DNA of 64,000 nucleotides from Orbicella franksi (Eukaryota): NCBI GenBank assembly GCA_964199315.1, contig OZ116702.1, positions 9,114,001 to 9,178,000 of the forward strand, read 5' to 3'. Shown piece by piece: positions 28,070 to 38,819 of this stretch (position 1 is its first letter; each line of letters starts with the position of its first letter). The notes under the pieces were generated by a model. It saw only the letters and a program-made list of their open reading frames with translations, ran no database searches and was not told where the DNA came from. The position numbers and the translations under genes were made by a program.

Positions 28070-30249
28070 TAGGCGACAATCGTCAGATACCGTGTTCACG
28101 CCATGAAGCCGTGATGCCGCACCCATGAATCGACTACGGAAGAGACAATCCCGATATGGTGGTCTGGCCAGTCCAACACAGCAGTTGCTTTGGCCACATG
28201 CAATGCTTGGTTCCAATTTCCGGAGTTTTCAATCTTTGTGTGTCAATTAAATGTTTCGTGGTGTTACCATCACGATTGTGCGGTTGAGCTTTTTCTACCT
28301 GGAGTAATCTCCGAGATAAAGTTTGCGATTTGAGAAACGGATGGACAGACCATTCCCGTTCACGAAACATCTCTTAATTGGTTTAAAGTAAAAAAGTTTG
28401 GTAAAAAGCTTTAATAAAGGTTAACTTGAGAACAAATACCCCTCATAAGGATGGATGTTACCCTTCTCAGTTCGTGGTATTGAAATATGGATTCTCATTA
28501 CAGACTACCACACGTTTCTTTTAATGTAGTTCAAGTCTGGTAACACATCACAAACCTCTGTCAGAAATTCGATCGTGATCATCATCGTAATTGATTTGTT
28601 GTCAGTCAGATTGAATTCTCTTTTTTCTCTCGGTTTCCTCTAATTATTCTGAACCAAGCTTACCTAAATCTTAAATATTTATTAAATGATAAAAGAGCCT
28701 TGTATAAAGTGCCTCTACAACAGTATGGTTTATCGCAAACATACTTATTTTTCACGTTGTACATGATTGAATAAAAGAGAGATCGTCAACAAGTGTAACT
28801 GTAATTAATCGTATATTTTGCTTTCTCGTGATAGTCGTAACCAATGCGTGTGCAGTCAGAACAAATGGCCCCGAGTACGAACCTACGAAATGTAGAATCG
28901 GTCTGTTTATGTTCACAGGTAACTTTCAGGTTACCGAGCAAATTGGGAAGCGGTGTCCCTTTTCGAAGACAATGTATATTCAGCGAGGGCACGGGGGAAA
29001 GGAGGTGGTATGTTGGTGTCTAGACAATGTTGACTCTACGAATGGTATATTGTACGTCGCTTTGCCCAAAATGTTTGTGTAGGAGGAAACAACGGGAAAA
29101 AATACTCTTCAGAATATTCATTTTCAAAACTGAGATATGATTAACGAAGCAGAAAATAATGACAAAAGGTTTTAAGATGCAAAAGCAGAGAGCATTGGTC
29201 TATTTTTTGCTCCTGTATGGGCCGAGAGACTGTGTAATTTATTTTACTCTATGGTTGCTCTCGTGATAATCCAATGTCACGAAAAGCCAGCTGTTCTCTC
29301 ATGCTGTTGGGAGATAAATAGTTTCCCAGACAGGCGTTCCCATCGCTCGTCACGCACGTCTGCTGAAACTAACGCACAGATTGTTTGACGAATACAAAGA
29401 ACATCTGCGCAGGACGAGGGTAGGGGATAAGGGTAGAGTGGGGAATTAAGGTTGAGGGGTGGTGGGGGCAGGGGGGGGGGAATAAAACAACCTTAACTGT
29501 GATCTATGGGATATGAATTACGAACAATCGAGGAAAAAAAACAAAGACCATAGGTCTTTTTATTGCTCTTGTCTTGTCTTGCGTGAGGCAAGATTTAATC
29601 TGCCACGTCATTGTTATTGCTGCAGGACGCCAGCTGTTTTCAACAAAAGACTCGTGATGCATCAAATACTTTCGGTTTCCAATGTAAATGTCGTCTCATT
29701 TTAGCTATCTGTTGTTGTTCACAAGTTCTTCTCTTGTCAGCTCAAGCTCGATCGGTTTGATCGGGTCAGTCATTGCAATAAAACCGAAGATTTTCTAAAC
29801 TTTATGGACTCGGAAAAATCGTAAACGCAGAGGAAAAAAAACCACGCATGCCTAAAGTTCAGTATTGTTCCGGGAGTATGTGACATTTCAACAAAGTTAA
29901 GGAAAGGTTTCCATCATTTATTTGCGAACGAGTGCTGACTAAATGAAAAGACGCATCCATCTGTAGTTAAAGTTGTAAAAGTGATCTCTCTCTGCCGGCT
30001 CCCTCTTTCCTAAAATCGAAAGTACATTGCATGGCATAACAGTCGTGTCATTTTCCACTTGGCTGCAAGACTGATTGATCTGTATTTAGTGGAAAATATA
30101 AATAACAATTGAGACCGACTTCCGTTTATTTCTGTTCTTGGGCTATTTCAGATTAAATTAAGTGACACGTCGGCAAGTACTCTAGCAAGTTCAGTTCTTA
30201 GATTATCTCTCTACAGATTGCCCGAATTTCGAGCAAGTCGGTTGGCAGA

Positions 30250-32001
30250 ATGAACTTGCCAGTAGTTTGCGTTACACAATTGTTCTTTCTCATTTATCTT
30301 TGCCGTGTCACCTGTGGAAAGAAAGCTCAAATTATCTTGGAGTTCAAAACCGAAAGCGGAACTTACGAGTGGAATCGAGATGTTCTGGCAGACATTTTAA
30401 AGCTGCAGTCGCCATTGCGATCGATTTTCATTCTCGGAGATGAAAGAGGTCATACACTGGCAACACTCGATTTGATTATTCACATCTGGAGTGGAACCAG
30501 ACGAAACTACGTGGAAGAAATCTTTCGAGAAACAGACCAGAGAAACTCCGTGGTGTGGGCGCACATTTTGGAACTGCAAAGGCAGGAAAAGGAAGTAGAA
30601 AATGTACTTTTACTCTATGGGACCCATATGGATTTGGATGATGCTTTCTTCAAGTCGTCTTACGGCAGGTTTTTCGCGACAGTCTCTTCTGGTTTTAGCC
30701 TCCTCCCTCAAGAAATGCTCCAAAACAACAGCATGCCATCATTATTTCGAGGGTCAAGCCTCTTCCACAACACCGGTCACAGCGACCTAACAAAGCCCCA
30801 TGTCGTTGTAGATGCTCCGTTTGAGAGTGATTCTGAAGTGTGCCAGGATTACACAGTGGAACCCTCTGGAAAGACCATACAAGAAGCGGGGGAGTTTTTA
30901 AAGGATTATGAGAAACTGCGCAAAAGCGAGTATTGGAATGCAACGAAAAGATTAGTTGCCACCTACAGAGCGATGCCAATAATAAAGACTCCCAAAGGAA
31001 GTCGCATCGATGGTGCAGCAATCGTGGAATTGGCCACTGCAGTTAAAAAACCCATGGATGTAAATATTTATGAAAATCTGGACAGAAATATTTGCACGCG
31101 GAGCCATCAAGGACTCATCCAATCATTGATTGCATCCAAAGTGAGTGAAACAGAAGCCAAAGCTAAGAACTCCGTGGATAATTTCGCAAAGTTATGTGCT
31201 TTACGAAACGAGAACGCCGAGTTCAAAGGAGACGTGCAGCGAGTAGTAACAGAGAAAAATGAGTTGGTGAAAATAGAAAGAAATCTCGAGGAAGAGAAAC
31301 GTAGAAGAATGGAGGCGGAAAAGAGAAAGGAAGACAAGGCGAAGAAAATTCAAGAAACGCGTTCAGAAATGGAGAAAGAACATGCAAAGTTGTGCGAGTC
31401 TCGTGAAGAAGCCAAAATGGAAGTAGGAATCCAAAACGATAGATATAAAACGACTAGGAAAGAAATCAAGCTCCTTGAAAAGGACCTCAGTAAGAAAGAA
31501 GGCGGATGGCTAGATGTGATTGGGCCAGCCATATTTGGACAGAGGCCAGCTGGTGAGAAGTTTTCCAGCACACCGGAAACTGGAGGTGAAGAAGGAACCC
31601 CCCACGATCCAAATGATAGCTGGTTTAATGTTATCATACAAACTTTAACTGTTGTTAATGGCTTTGTGTCAAATGTATTGAAAATACGAGACATAATAGT
31701 GAATAGTGACGAGCGGTTGAAGCAAAATATAATAACATTACCTCGTTCTGAATACAGCATCATTGGAATCAGAGTAGTGTGTTGGGAGTGGAATGCAATC
31801 GCGGAGAAAACCTTTGGTTTTAAAGGGAATGCCTGCGGAGTGATTGCACAGGAAGTCCAAGGCCTCTATCCAAGGCTCGTGACAGAGGGGAACGATGGTT
31901 ATCTGCGTGTACAGTTTGATGCCTTGCGGGATATGATCAACGAGGCACTTACGTATAACAAGAATGCCTCTTACCCAATGTGCTTGATAGGTCATCCTTA
32001 A
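30250..32001 (+). CDS. GBP-like/S74 family copy 1: signal peptide, degenerate GBP-type GTPase, coiled coil, peptidase S74 domain
   Basis: 583-aa ORF. N-terminus MNLPVVCVTQLFFLIYLCRVTCG is signal-like. G1 is degenerate (GDERGHTLAT vs GDARIGKST in paralogs) and G3 is lost. KTPKGSRIDGAAIVELA is a GBP-like helix. S74 starts SDERLKQNI at 31705 and includes GVIAQEV..LYP..V..GNDGYLRVQF. Confidence 0.85.
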   Translation: MNLPVVCVTQLFFLIYLCRVTCGKKAQIILEFKTESGTYEWNRDVLADILKLQSPLRSIFILGDERGHTLATLDLIIHIWSGTRRNYVEEIFRETDQRNSVVWAHILELQRQEKEVENVLLLYGTHMDLDDAFFKSSYGRFFATVSSGFSLLPQEMLQNNSMPSLFRGSSLFHNTGHSDLTKPHVVVDAPFESDSEVCQDYTVEPSGKTIQEAGEFLKDYEKLRKSEYWNATKRLVATYRAMPIIKTPKGSRIDGAAIVELATAVKKPMDVNIYENLDRNICTRSHQGLIQSLIASKVSETEAKAKNSVDNFAKLCALRNENAEFKGDVQRVVTEKNELVKIERNLEEEKRRRMEAEKRKEDKAKKIQETRSEMEKEHAKLCESREEAKMEVGIQNDRYKTTRKEIKLLEKDLSKKEGGWLDVIGPAIFGQRPAGEKFSSTPETGGEEGTPHDPNDSWFNVIIQTLTVVNGFVSNVLKIRDIIVNSDERLKQNIITLPRSEYSIIGIRVVCWEWNAIAEKTFGFKGNACGVIAQEVQGLYPRLVTEGNDGYLRVQFDALRDMINEALTYNKNASYPMCLIGHP

Positions 32002-33207
32002 TTGTAGAATAAGCGTCCAGCTTCTTAAGGTGGCTCACTTGTTATTCATGCGGGCTATCACTGATTGTAGAGTAAGGTGGCTCAGTTGTAATTCCGAACG
32101 CGCTCGTCGACTGTGACTCACTTTGGAATCAAAACGTTATCGGTTTTGACTTAATGAAAGTTAACTGAACCTTCTACCATATTGTCCAGTAATGCTATCA
32201 GAGATTCAGTTTACCTACTCGGATACAACAAGCCAAGAATTCGAATCTCTGGACGGAAAAGTCCTACCAAAATTAGAACAGCTTATAGAGTGCCAAGGCA
32301 ATCGCCCCTCTTGCGAGCCGTTATAATGTGTACGCTTGCTCTGTGAACATAAAGTGCTCGAAAACCCGCGTTATTCGTAAAAGTTGCTTTTTAAATTTTG
32401 GAAAATTATCCAAGAGTTTTTAATGAAGCTCCTTCCGTGTGAATTTCAAATTGCAACAATATTTTCCAATGGACTCTTAATTCCGCTGTGAAGCATTTTA
32501 TATTGGAGAAATTGTAATCGTGATTTTAAGCTAGTGTCCTCAGGCTAACTGAAGCTGACGAGTAGTTATGAATAGGAAATTAGAACTTCCGGTAGATATT
32601 TTGAGAACTCACATCCGGCCTTTCCCTTTTTGGTGGGGGTGGGGGAGGGGGCTTGGAGGGGGAGGGTTTATCTACGCTGATGACTTCAGGAGTGGAGAGG
32701 ATGTACGCTTCATTTCTAATCATTAGGCTACCTCGCCTCCCATGATAGAAAAACGAATAGAAAGCAAGGACTAGTAGTAACATTTTATAATGAGTTTGAT
32801 GAAAACTTTGGGCGTTTTAGTAGATAACGTGTATAAATGAGAACTATAGTAATTACAGCTAATAATATTATTCTGTTTTAGATAACTCGATCAAGATTAG
32901 TGAATGTAATTTTTCCATTCATGCTTTAATTCTGTCAAGTATCATTGTAAAATATGGCTATGTAGATTTAAAATATGAGACTATCGGTTTGTTAAAATGG
33001 ATCGCATTTGAAATATTCTCGCAAAACTTAGTTCCTTTCAACAGGTCGCGCTGAGTGATTGCGTTCATTTTAAAAATCCGGTTGTTGGCCATATGAGAAA
33101 ATAGCGATATTACTTTCTTTGGGAAAATCTATTATTGCATTCTCTAGACTGGATTCTTTGGTTTCCTTGATGAACCACATGGTCCAAGTGATCTTGGATT
33201 AACCTGT

Positions 33208-34623
33208 TTAGTTAACTTTCGAATCACTTTGTTCTTTCTGCAGTGACTGAATAGATCGCCTTTTTTCCTCACATAACTGCTCAAGATGGTTCACCTTCTT
33301 TTTCGTGTTTTCTTCAGCTTCTTTTTCCTTGGCGAACTCTTTATCCTTTTCGGCAAGTATCTTTTGAAATGTCTCGTAAATTTCTTTGATTTTTATTTCT
33401 GTCTTAACCAGTTTGTCCACCGCATTTTGTATCTTTTGTTTGACTTCTTCTTCTTTTCTCTTCACCTTGACAATTTCTTGGAGATCTTCTCTAGCAGTGT
33501 TAATCTCGCTTTCTGAGATGCCTTTTTCCTTTAAAGCATTTAAAGCGCCATCTATTTTATGTTGCACTTCGTCAGCTGTCAACGAAAATATGTCTTTGAT
33601 GACTTTTTCTCGAATTCTTTTGCAATTACTGTTTTCCATTACTTCATAAAGATTTCCAAACTTAAGCCAGGAGTTTTTATTTATGGATTCTGTCACTCCT
33701 TCAGCCTGTTTCACCAATGCTTTCCCATCTAGAGGAAGTCCCGTAGAAGACGTCTTTACTGGAACTTCTTTGAACTTTGCAGCCAAGAATTCCATTGCGA
33801 GTCCATAATCACTCCCGCTCAGTTTTCCCGCATCTCGTAACACTTCACGATCGGCGACGTGTGGAAACTGGCTCACAGAAATTTGATCCTTCTGGAAGTA
33901 TTTGGCAATGGTTTCCCTTTCTTTTTGTAAGTTTTTCTCAAATGTAGGTTCCACGATAAAGTCTCTAACGAAGTCCTCAATTGTGTGACCGTCCGGGGCC
34001 CGAAGTGCATCTCTTATAACAACTCCGAGTGGGGCAAAGCTTTCTACGTGGACATTCGGGAAAACAAGATCACGCAGGCGTGACATGAGGAACAAAAAGT
34101 GCAGGTTGTTATTGTCAAACCTTTCGCGGACAAAAACGTTCACGTCGGACGAAATAAGTGCTGCGAACAAGCTAAGGTAGTACACTGAGACATCTTCCCC
34201 TACTTTTATACCTTGAACCTCGAGTAGAATAAGGGAGCCTCCCCCTTCATTTTGTGGATGAATGGTATGAATCCAGACGCCATGAGTGACAGACACAATA
34301 GTGTTACCAGTCGGAAATATCTCTTCGATGTGGCTCTGATCACTTCCACTTAAGATGTGAATTATTGTGTTGAGTGCAGTCGATTTTCCAGCTCTTGCAT
34401 CTCCAAGAAAAGCAATGACTTGAATGGGACTAGGTAGTTTTGAAATTTCGTTCTTGCCCTCTTGCGTTAACTCAAATGTTTCACTATCGGTGTCGAAATT
34501 AAGAAAGAGCTCAGCTTTTTTCCCTTGAACAGTAGTGGCCAAACAAAAGAATAAAAGGCATCCAAACAACTTGAAACCCTTCTGTTGCAGAGTCCATCGT
34601 GGTTTGATTCTTGTTGAGAACAT
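33208..34623 (-). CDS. GBP-like family copy 2: signal peptide, GBP-type GTPase, coiled coil; no hydrophobic tail or S74
   Basis: 471-aa ORF. Signal-like KLFGCLLFFCLATTVQG; G1 GDARAGKST; G2 VTHGVW; altered G3 LLEVQG; G4 VIRD. It stops where the paralogs begin the hydrophobic tail. Confidence 0.87.
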   Translation of the reverse strand: MFSTRIKPRWTLQQKGFKLFGCLLFFCLATTVQGKKAELFLNFDTDSETFELTQEGKNEISKLPSPIQVIAFLGDARAGKSTALNTIIHILSGSDQSHIEEIFPTGNTIVSVTHGVWIHTIHPQNEGGGSLILLEVQGIKVGEDVSVYYLSLFAALISSDVNVFVRERFDNNNLHFLFLMSRLRDLVFPNVHVESFAPLGVVIRDALRAPDGHTIEDFVRDFIVEPTFEKNLQKERETIAKYFQKDQISVSQFPHVADREVLRDAGKLSGSDYGLAMEFLAAKFKEVPVKTSSTGLPLDGKALVKQAEGVTESINKNSWLKFGNLYEVMENSNCKRIREKVIKDIFSLTADEVQHKIDGALNALKEKGISESEINTAREDLQEIVKVKRKEEEVKQKIQNAVDKLVKTEIKIKEIYETFQKILAEKDKEFAKEKEAEENTKKKVNHLEQLCEEKRRSIQSLQKEQSDSKVN

Positions 34624-35403
34624 ACTGCCCGGTAAACCCTCGCGGCATCATGCAGAAGACTCAAGCAAAGGCGACATGTTGACACGTCAACCAGCTTTGG
34701 CGCCGGTATTTTCCCTTCTGTTTGTGGCCTCCACTTTCTTAGAATTACAGGAAAGGAAATGGTTGATTGATTGCGACTGAAAAGTCTAATTTCGTCACGT
34801 TTGAAAATAACCAGCCCCTTCCCCCCCCCCCCCCCCCCCCGCATCCCCTCCGGCAGATCTTTCAGTCCTTCTTAGCGCGGCAGTGATCTGTAGAATCGCA
34901 GAAGAATATCATAGCCATAAACATTAAACTTAGCTTTACCATCTTCTATGCATAGTCCTTTAGTGATACAGAATTCATTCAGTCAAGTACTGAAGATACA
35001 CTTGGCCACTATTAACTACATAACACCCTCCCTACCCCTACCAATCTCCGCCCAGACCGTGAGATAATGGCACAGTATGTTCCAAAACTTATTGTTCGCG
35101 GTGACACTGCAGTGTTTCGGTAATTACTCGTCTGTGGCAAATAACAAAGAAACGACTGGAGCTAATTTGCAAACGCAGACTAATGGCAAGTTTATTTACC
35201 GACACTTTCGAAGTCGCTTTCTGGGAAAAACCCCTAGTCTGAGTTTCGATTACCGCGAAAGTAGGGAAGTTTATTTGAACTCTAGAGGGAAACTACCCGT
35301 ACTTGGTGACACCGTCGAATTAGTAATCACGCAGAATACCTTTTAAGCGGTTACCATCGCTGTACTTTCGCTCAAGTATCGTTTAGACTTGAGGTTGAAC
35401 AGG

Positions 35404-37083
35404 ATGAATTTCCCAGTGTTGTACACGTTACTGATGCTTTGTGCTCGGTCTTCTGAAGGGAAACCAGCTCAACCTTTGCTGACATTCAACAGTGAAACCG
35501 AAATGTTTGAGTTGAACAATGATCTTCTGCTTGAGATCGCAGAGCTACAGCGACCAATACGTGTAATTGCTGTTGTTGGAGATGCAAGAATTGGAAAATC
35601 GACCACACTCAACTTGATCAAACACATCTGGAGTGGAGCGAATCAAACCTACATCGAAGAAGTTTTCAAGACGGGCGATACATTCAGACCTGTCACGCGT
35701 GACGTGTGGGCTCAGGTTATTCAGCCCCGTGACGAACAAGGCGGAAACGTTGTGTTACTGGATGTTGAAGGTACAAATTTAGGAGATGATGCTCTCACGA
35801 CTCACTTGAGTATGTTCACAGCCCTGGTATCATCCGGTTTAAACTTGTTTGTCCGGGAGATGGTTCAAAATAACAACCTGCACTTCCTGTTTCACATGTC
35901 ACGTTTGAGTGATCTTGTTTTCCCAAGCATTAGCTTGGAAAACTTTCCAAAACTACAGGTAGTCATCCGGCAAGGGTCACTTAAAGATCCTGGGGAAGGA
36001 AAAACCATCGAGGATTACACAAGAGATTGCATAGTGGAACCCTCCTTCCAAAAAAACATGAAAGAAGAAAGGCAGATCATTGCTAAACACTTCCCAAGGA
36101 ATCAAATTTCTGTCATCCAGATTCCGTACCTAGAAGAGAGGGAACGGAATTTGTTGAGTAATTTTGACAAACTCAGTAAATTGCAGTACTGGGGTGTCAT
36201 GGAACGTTTAGTTGAAAAGTTCAAGCAATTTCCAGTAAAGAAGACACTTGGAGGAAGTTACATAGATGGCCAAGCGTTGGTTGAACTCACTGTTAGATTA
36301 ACAGAAACTATGAACAAAAACTCGTGGCCTGATTTTGGGAGCGTTTATGATACGATAGAAAAGAATATCTGCAGTAGAAGTTATATCAAATTCGTTGAGC
36401 CACTATTTGCTGAATTGACTGCAGACATAATAGAAACCAAACTGGAAAACACTTTGAGGGCGTTTAAAATGGAATGCGTTTTGGAAAGTGAAATTGCCGC
36501 TGCTCAGGAAGATCTACGGCGCATTGTTGAGGAAAAGAGGAAAGTCGAGGAGCTGGAACGGAAGGCGAAGGAAGCGGAGAGTGAGAGAATAGCCGCGGAA
36601 AAGAGACGCGAGGAACAGGAAGAGAAATTTCAACATGAACTGACGATCAAAGAAGATCAGATCGCAAAGGTAAAGAGAGAAAAGGAAGCAGCTGAGTTGA
36701 AGGAAAAGAATCTTAAACAACTTCATGAAGAACAACTGAGAACCATTACTTTGCTTCAGCAGCAACTAAGTAAGAAAAGTAGCAGCTGGCTTGACATCAT
36801 CGTACCTGTTGCAGCTGTAGTTGCTGGGGCAGCTTTGAGTGACAGGGATTTAAAGCGAAACATAACCACCGTTCCCCACTCTCGTTACAGCGCAATTGGA
36901 CTCAAGGCCGCCTGCTGGGAATGGAATGAAATCGCTAACAAAACCTTTGGACTGACCGGAGAGGAGTGCGGCGTGATCGCACAGGAAGTAAAGAAGTTGT
37001 ATCCATTCGCCGTTACCAGAGGAAAGGATCGCTACTTGCTGGTGCGATATGACATGTTACACCAGATTATGAGCTCTTATTAA
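35404..37083 (+). CDS. GBP-like/S74 family copy 3 (intact): signal peptide, GBP-type GTPase, coiled coil, hydrophobic tail, peptidase S74
   Basis: ATG at 35404 (the ORF track starts upstream at a TTG). Signal-like MNFPVLYTLLMLCARSSEG; G1 GDARIGKST; G2 VTRDVW; G3 LLDVEG; tail WLDIIVPVAAVVAGAAL; S74 SDRDLKRNI at 36838, then CGVIAQEV..LYP..V..GKDRYLLVRYDML. Confidence 0.92.
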   Translation: MNFPVLYTLLMLCARSSEGKPAQPLLTFNSETEMFELNNDLLLEIAELQRPIRVIAVVGDARIGKSTTLNLIKHIWSGANQTYIEEVFKTGDTFRPVTRDVWAQVIQPRDEQGGNVVLLDVEGTNLGDDALTTHLSMFTALVSSGLNLFVREMVQNNNLHFLFHMSRLSDLVFPSISLENFPKLQVVIRQGSLKDPGEGKTIEDYTRDCIVEPSFQKNMKEERQIIAKHFPRNQISVIQIPYLEERERNLLSNFDKLSKLQYWGVMERLVEKFKQFPVKKTLGGSYIDGQALVELTVRLTETMNKNSWPDFGSVYDTIEKNICSRSYIKFVEPLFAELTADIIETKLENTLRAFKMECVLESEIAAAQEDLRRIVEEKRKVEELERKAKEAESERIAAEKRREEQEEKFQHELTIKEDQIAKVKREKEAAELKEKNLKQLHEEQLRTITLLQQQLSKKSSSWLDIIVPVAAVVAGAALSDRDLKRNITTVPHSRYSAIGLKAACWEWNEIANKTFGLTGEECGVIAQEVKKLYPFAVTRGKDRYLLVRYDMLHQIMSSY

Positions 37084-38819
37084 GGCGCGACTTAACCTTA
37101 AATTCTGAAAGAAATCGAAGTTTTGTTTTTCGCGGAACTCGAATCTTAAGGTATTGAAGTTTTTTTTTTGACAAGTACTGTTACTGTAAGTTTAAAGCTC
37201 GTTTTCTCAAAACGAGTTATTTTCGCCTTCGAGAAAAGATATCTTGAGAAGGACTTATTCAACTGAGCTAAAATTCTCAGGATTTGTTGTTCTTAGTACG
37301 TTCTGTGGGATAAGCATAGAACTTTTCCAGGCAGTCCATTCTGTCGAAGTTATGTATTGAAACGTTGGCTAGATTTTCTGAATCAGATTTAACTGGTCAT
37401 CATTTCAAGTGTTTTTAACTTTTCAAAAATCTCTATGCTTATCCCAGCAAGCTATTTATCTTCTTCTATAAAATGTTAAAATTATTCCTTTTGATCAGTT
37501 CTTGTAGGAGTTATCTTTTCTCAAGTAAGCCCTGGCATTCCCCAGCAGGTGGCAGATTTAATCAGCCGGTGTGAGGTTACAATACAGTTATAGGGTACGC
37601 AAATATTTTTTCCACAACTTTTGGTCTTTAAGCTTTTTAAAAATGTATACTTTGCCATGGTTTGGAGTTAAATCTTAGCCGCGAGAAAATTTTTAAAACA
37701 TGGTGTGTTTTTAGGTCAAGTCCCACCTTAACAATCTATATACGTGGTAAGAACGGCAGTCAAGAATCAATAAACCGGACAAATAATTATTTTAAAAGCT
37801 GTTATGGTATGCCCAATTAAAATTGATATACGCTTCTTCAGTTTTGCCGAGGCAGGGTCGCCATGGGGGGTTGGGGGGGGGGGGGTACCTAGCTTCGATG
37901 GTCGAAGGGTAAAAAACACTATACCTATTTGACGGCTGAGATAATATTGCGGTTGTTTGACGAGGCGGCCGACGGTATCTGATATTTTTTTTAAATGACG
38001 GTTGACGGCTCGAATATGAAGGGCAACCACTTCAAGCCACGTTTCGACACTAATAAATTGATTATTTGACGTTTTGCGGTGAAATTTTAGGCCGTTTGAC
38101 GGTTGACGGTTAATTAACCCCATTGAAACCTTTTCTCGTAGTTGAAGTATTAAAACATTAACATGCTAATTATGAGTGCCAGTGGGACGGAGGTCAATAC
38201 TCGAATTCGATAAGGCAGCGTTTGCCTGAACGTCATTGGATAGATCCACGGATATTATTTTGGTCTTAGTTTAGGAGTCTTAGTCTTAATTATAGAGGTT
38301 GAAAACAACCGAGGGGTTGAAACATTAATTCAGAGTGAATCAGATGCCTACAAAACCAGAATACTTGTTAGATGTACTGCTAAGTCTGACATGATCTTCC
38401 CATACTGCGGTTGGGTTTTCGCGCCTTTTTGTTGTTATTGGACAGCATACACGAAATTTTCTGTTTACCTTCCGGACGCATTTTTCTTCAGTCAGCTTTT
38501 GCATGCAGTCTCCGCACCGGGCATTTAGAACCTCACGCAACGTTATCTCTAGAAACATCACGCACCTAAAGGAACATAACGCAACGCTAACTCGCTCTCA
38601 GAAGATCACAAAGCGTTACCCCTAGCACCACCACTCAATGTTCTTAGGGATTGCAATTTGAGAACAAAAAATGTATTTTTGAACAATCACAAAAGCAAGG
38701 ACTCACTATGAGGCTAGCAAATTTATTCTTATCATTATTACATTTGCGTTCCCGTTTCGATTACAATTACATTAGGACAGTTTTATCTATAAAGCTAAGT
38801 CTTTTATCTTTACTGCTTG

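Noticed and set aside
28828-29082. 84-aa Cys-containing ORF downstream of SENP
   Set aside because: No recognisable motif and no convincing start or splice signals.
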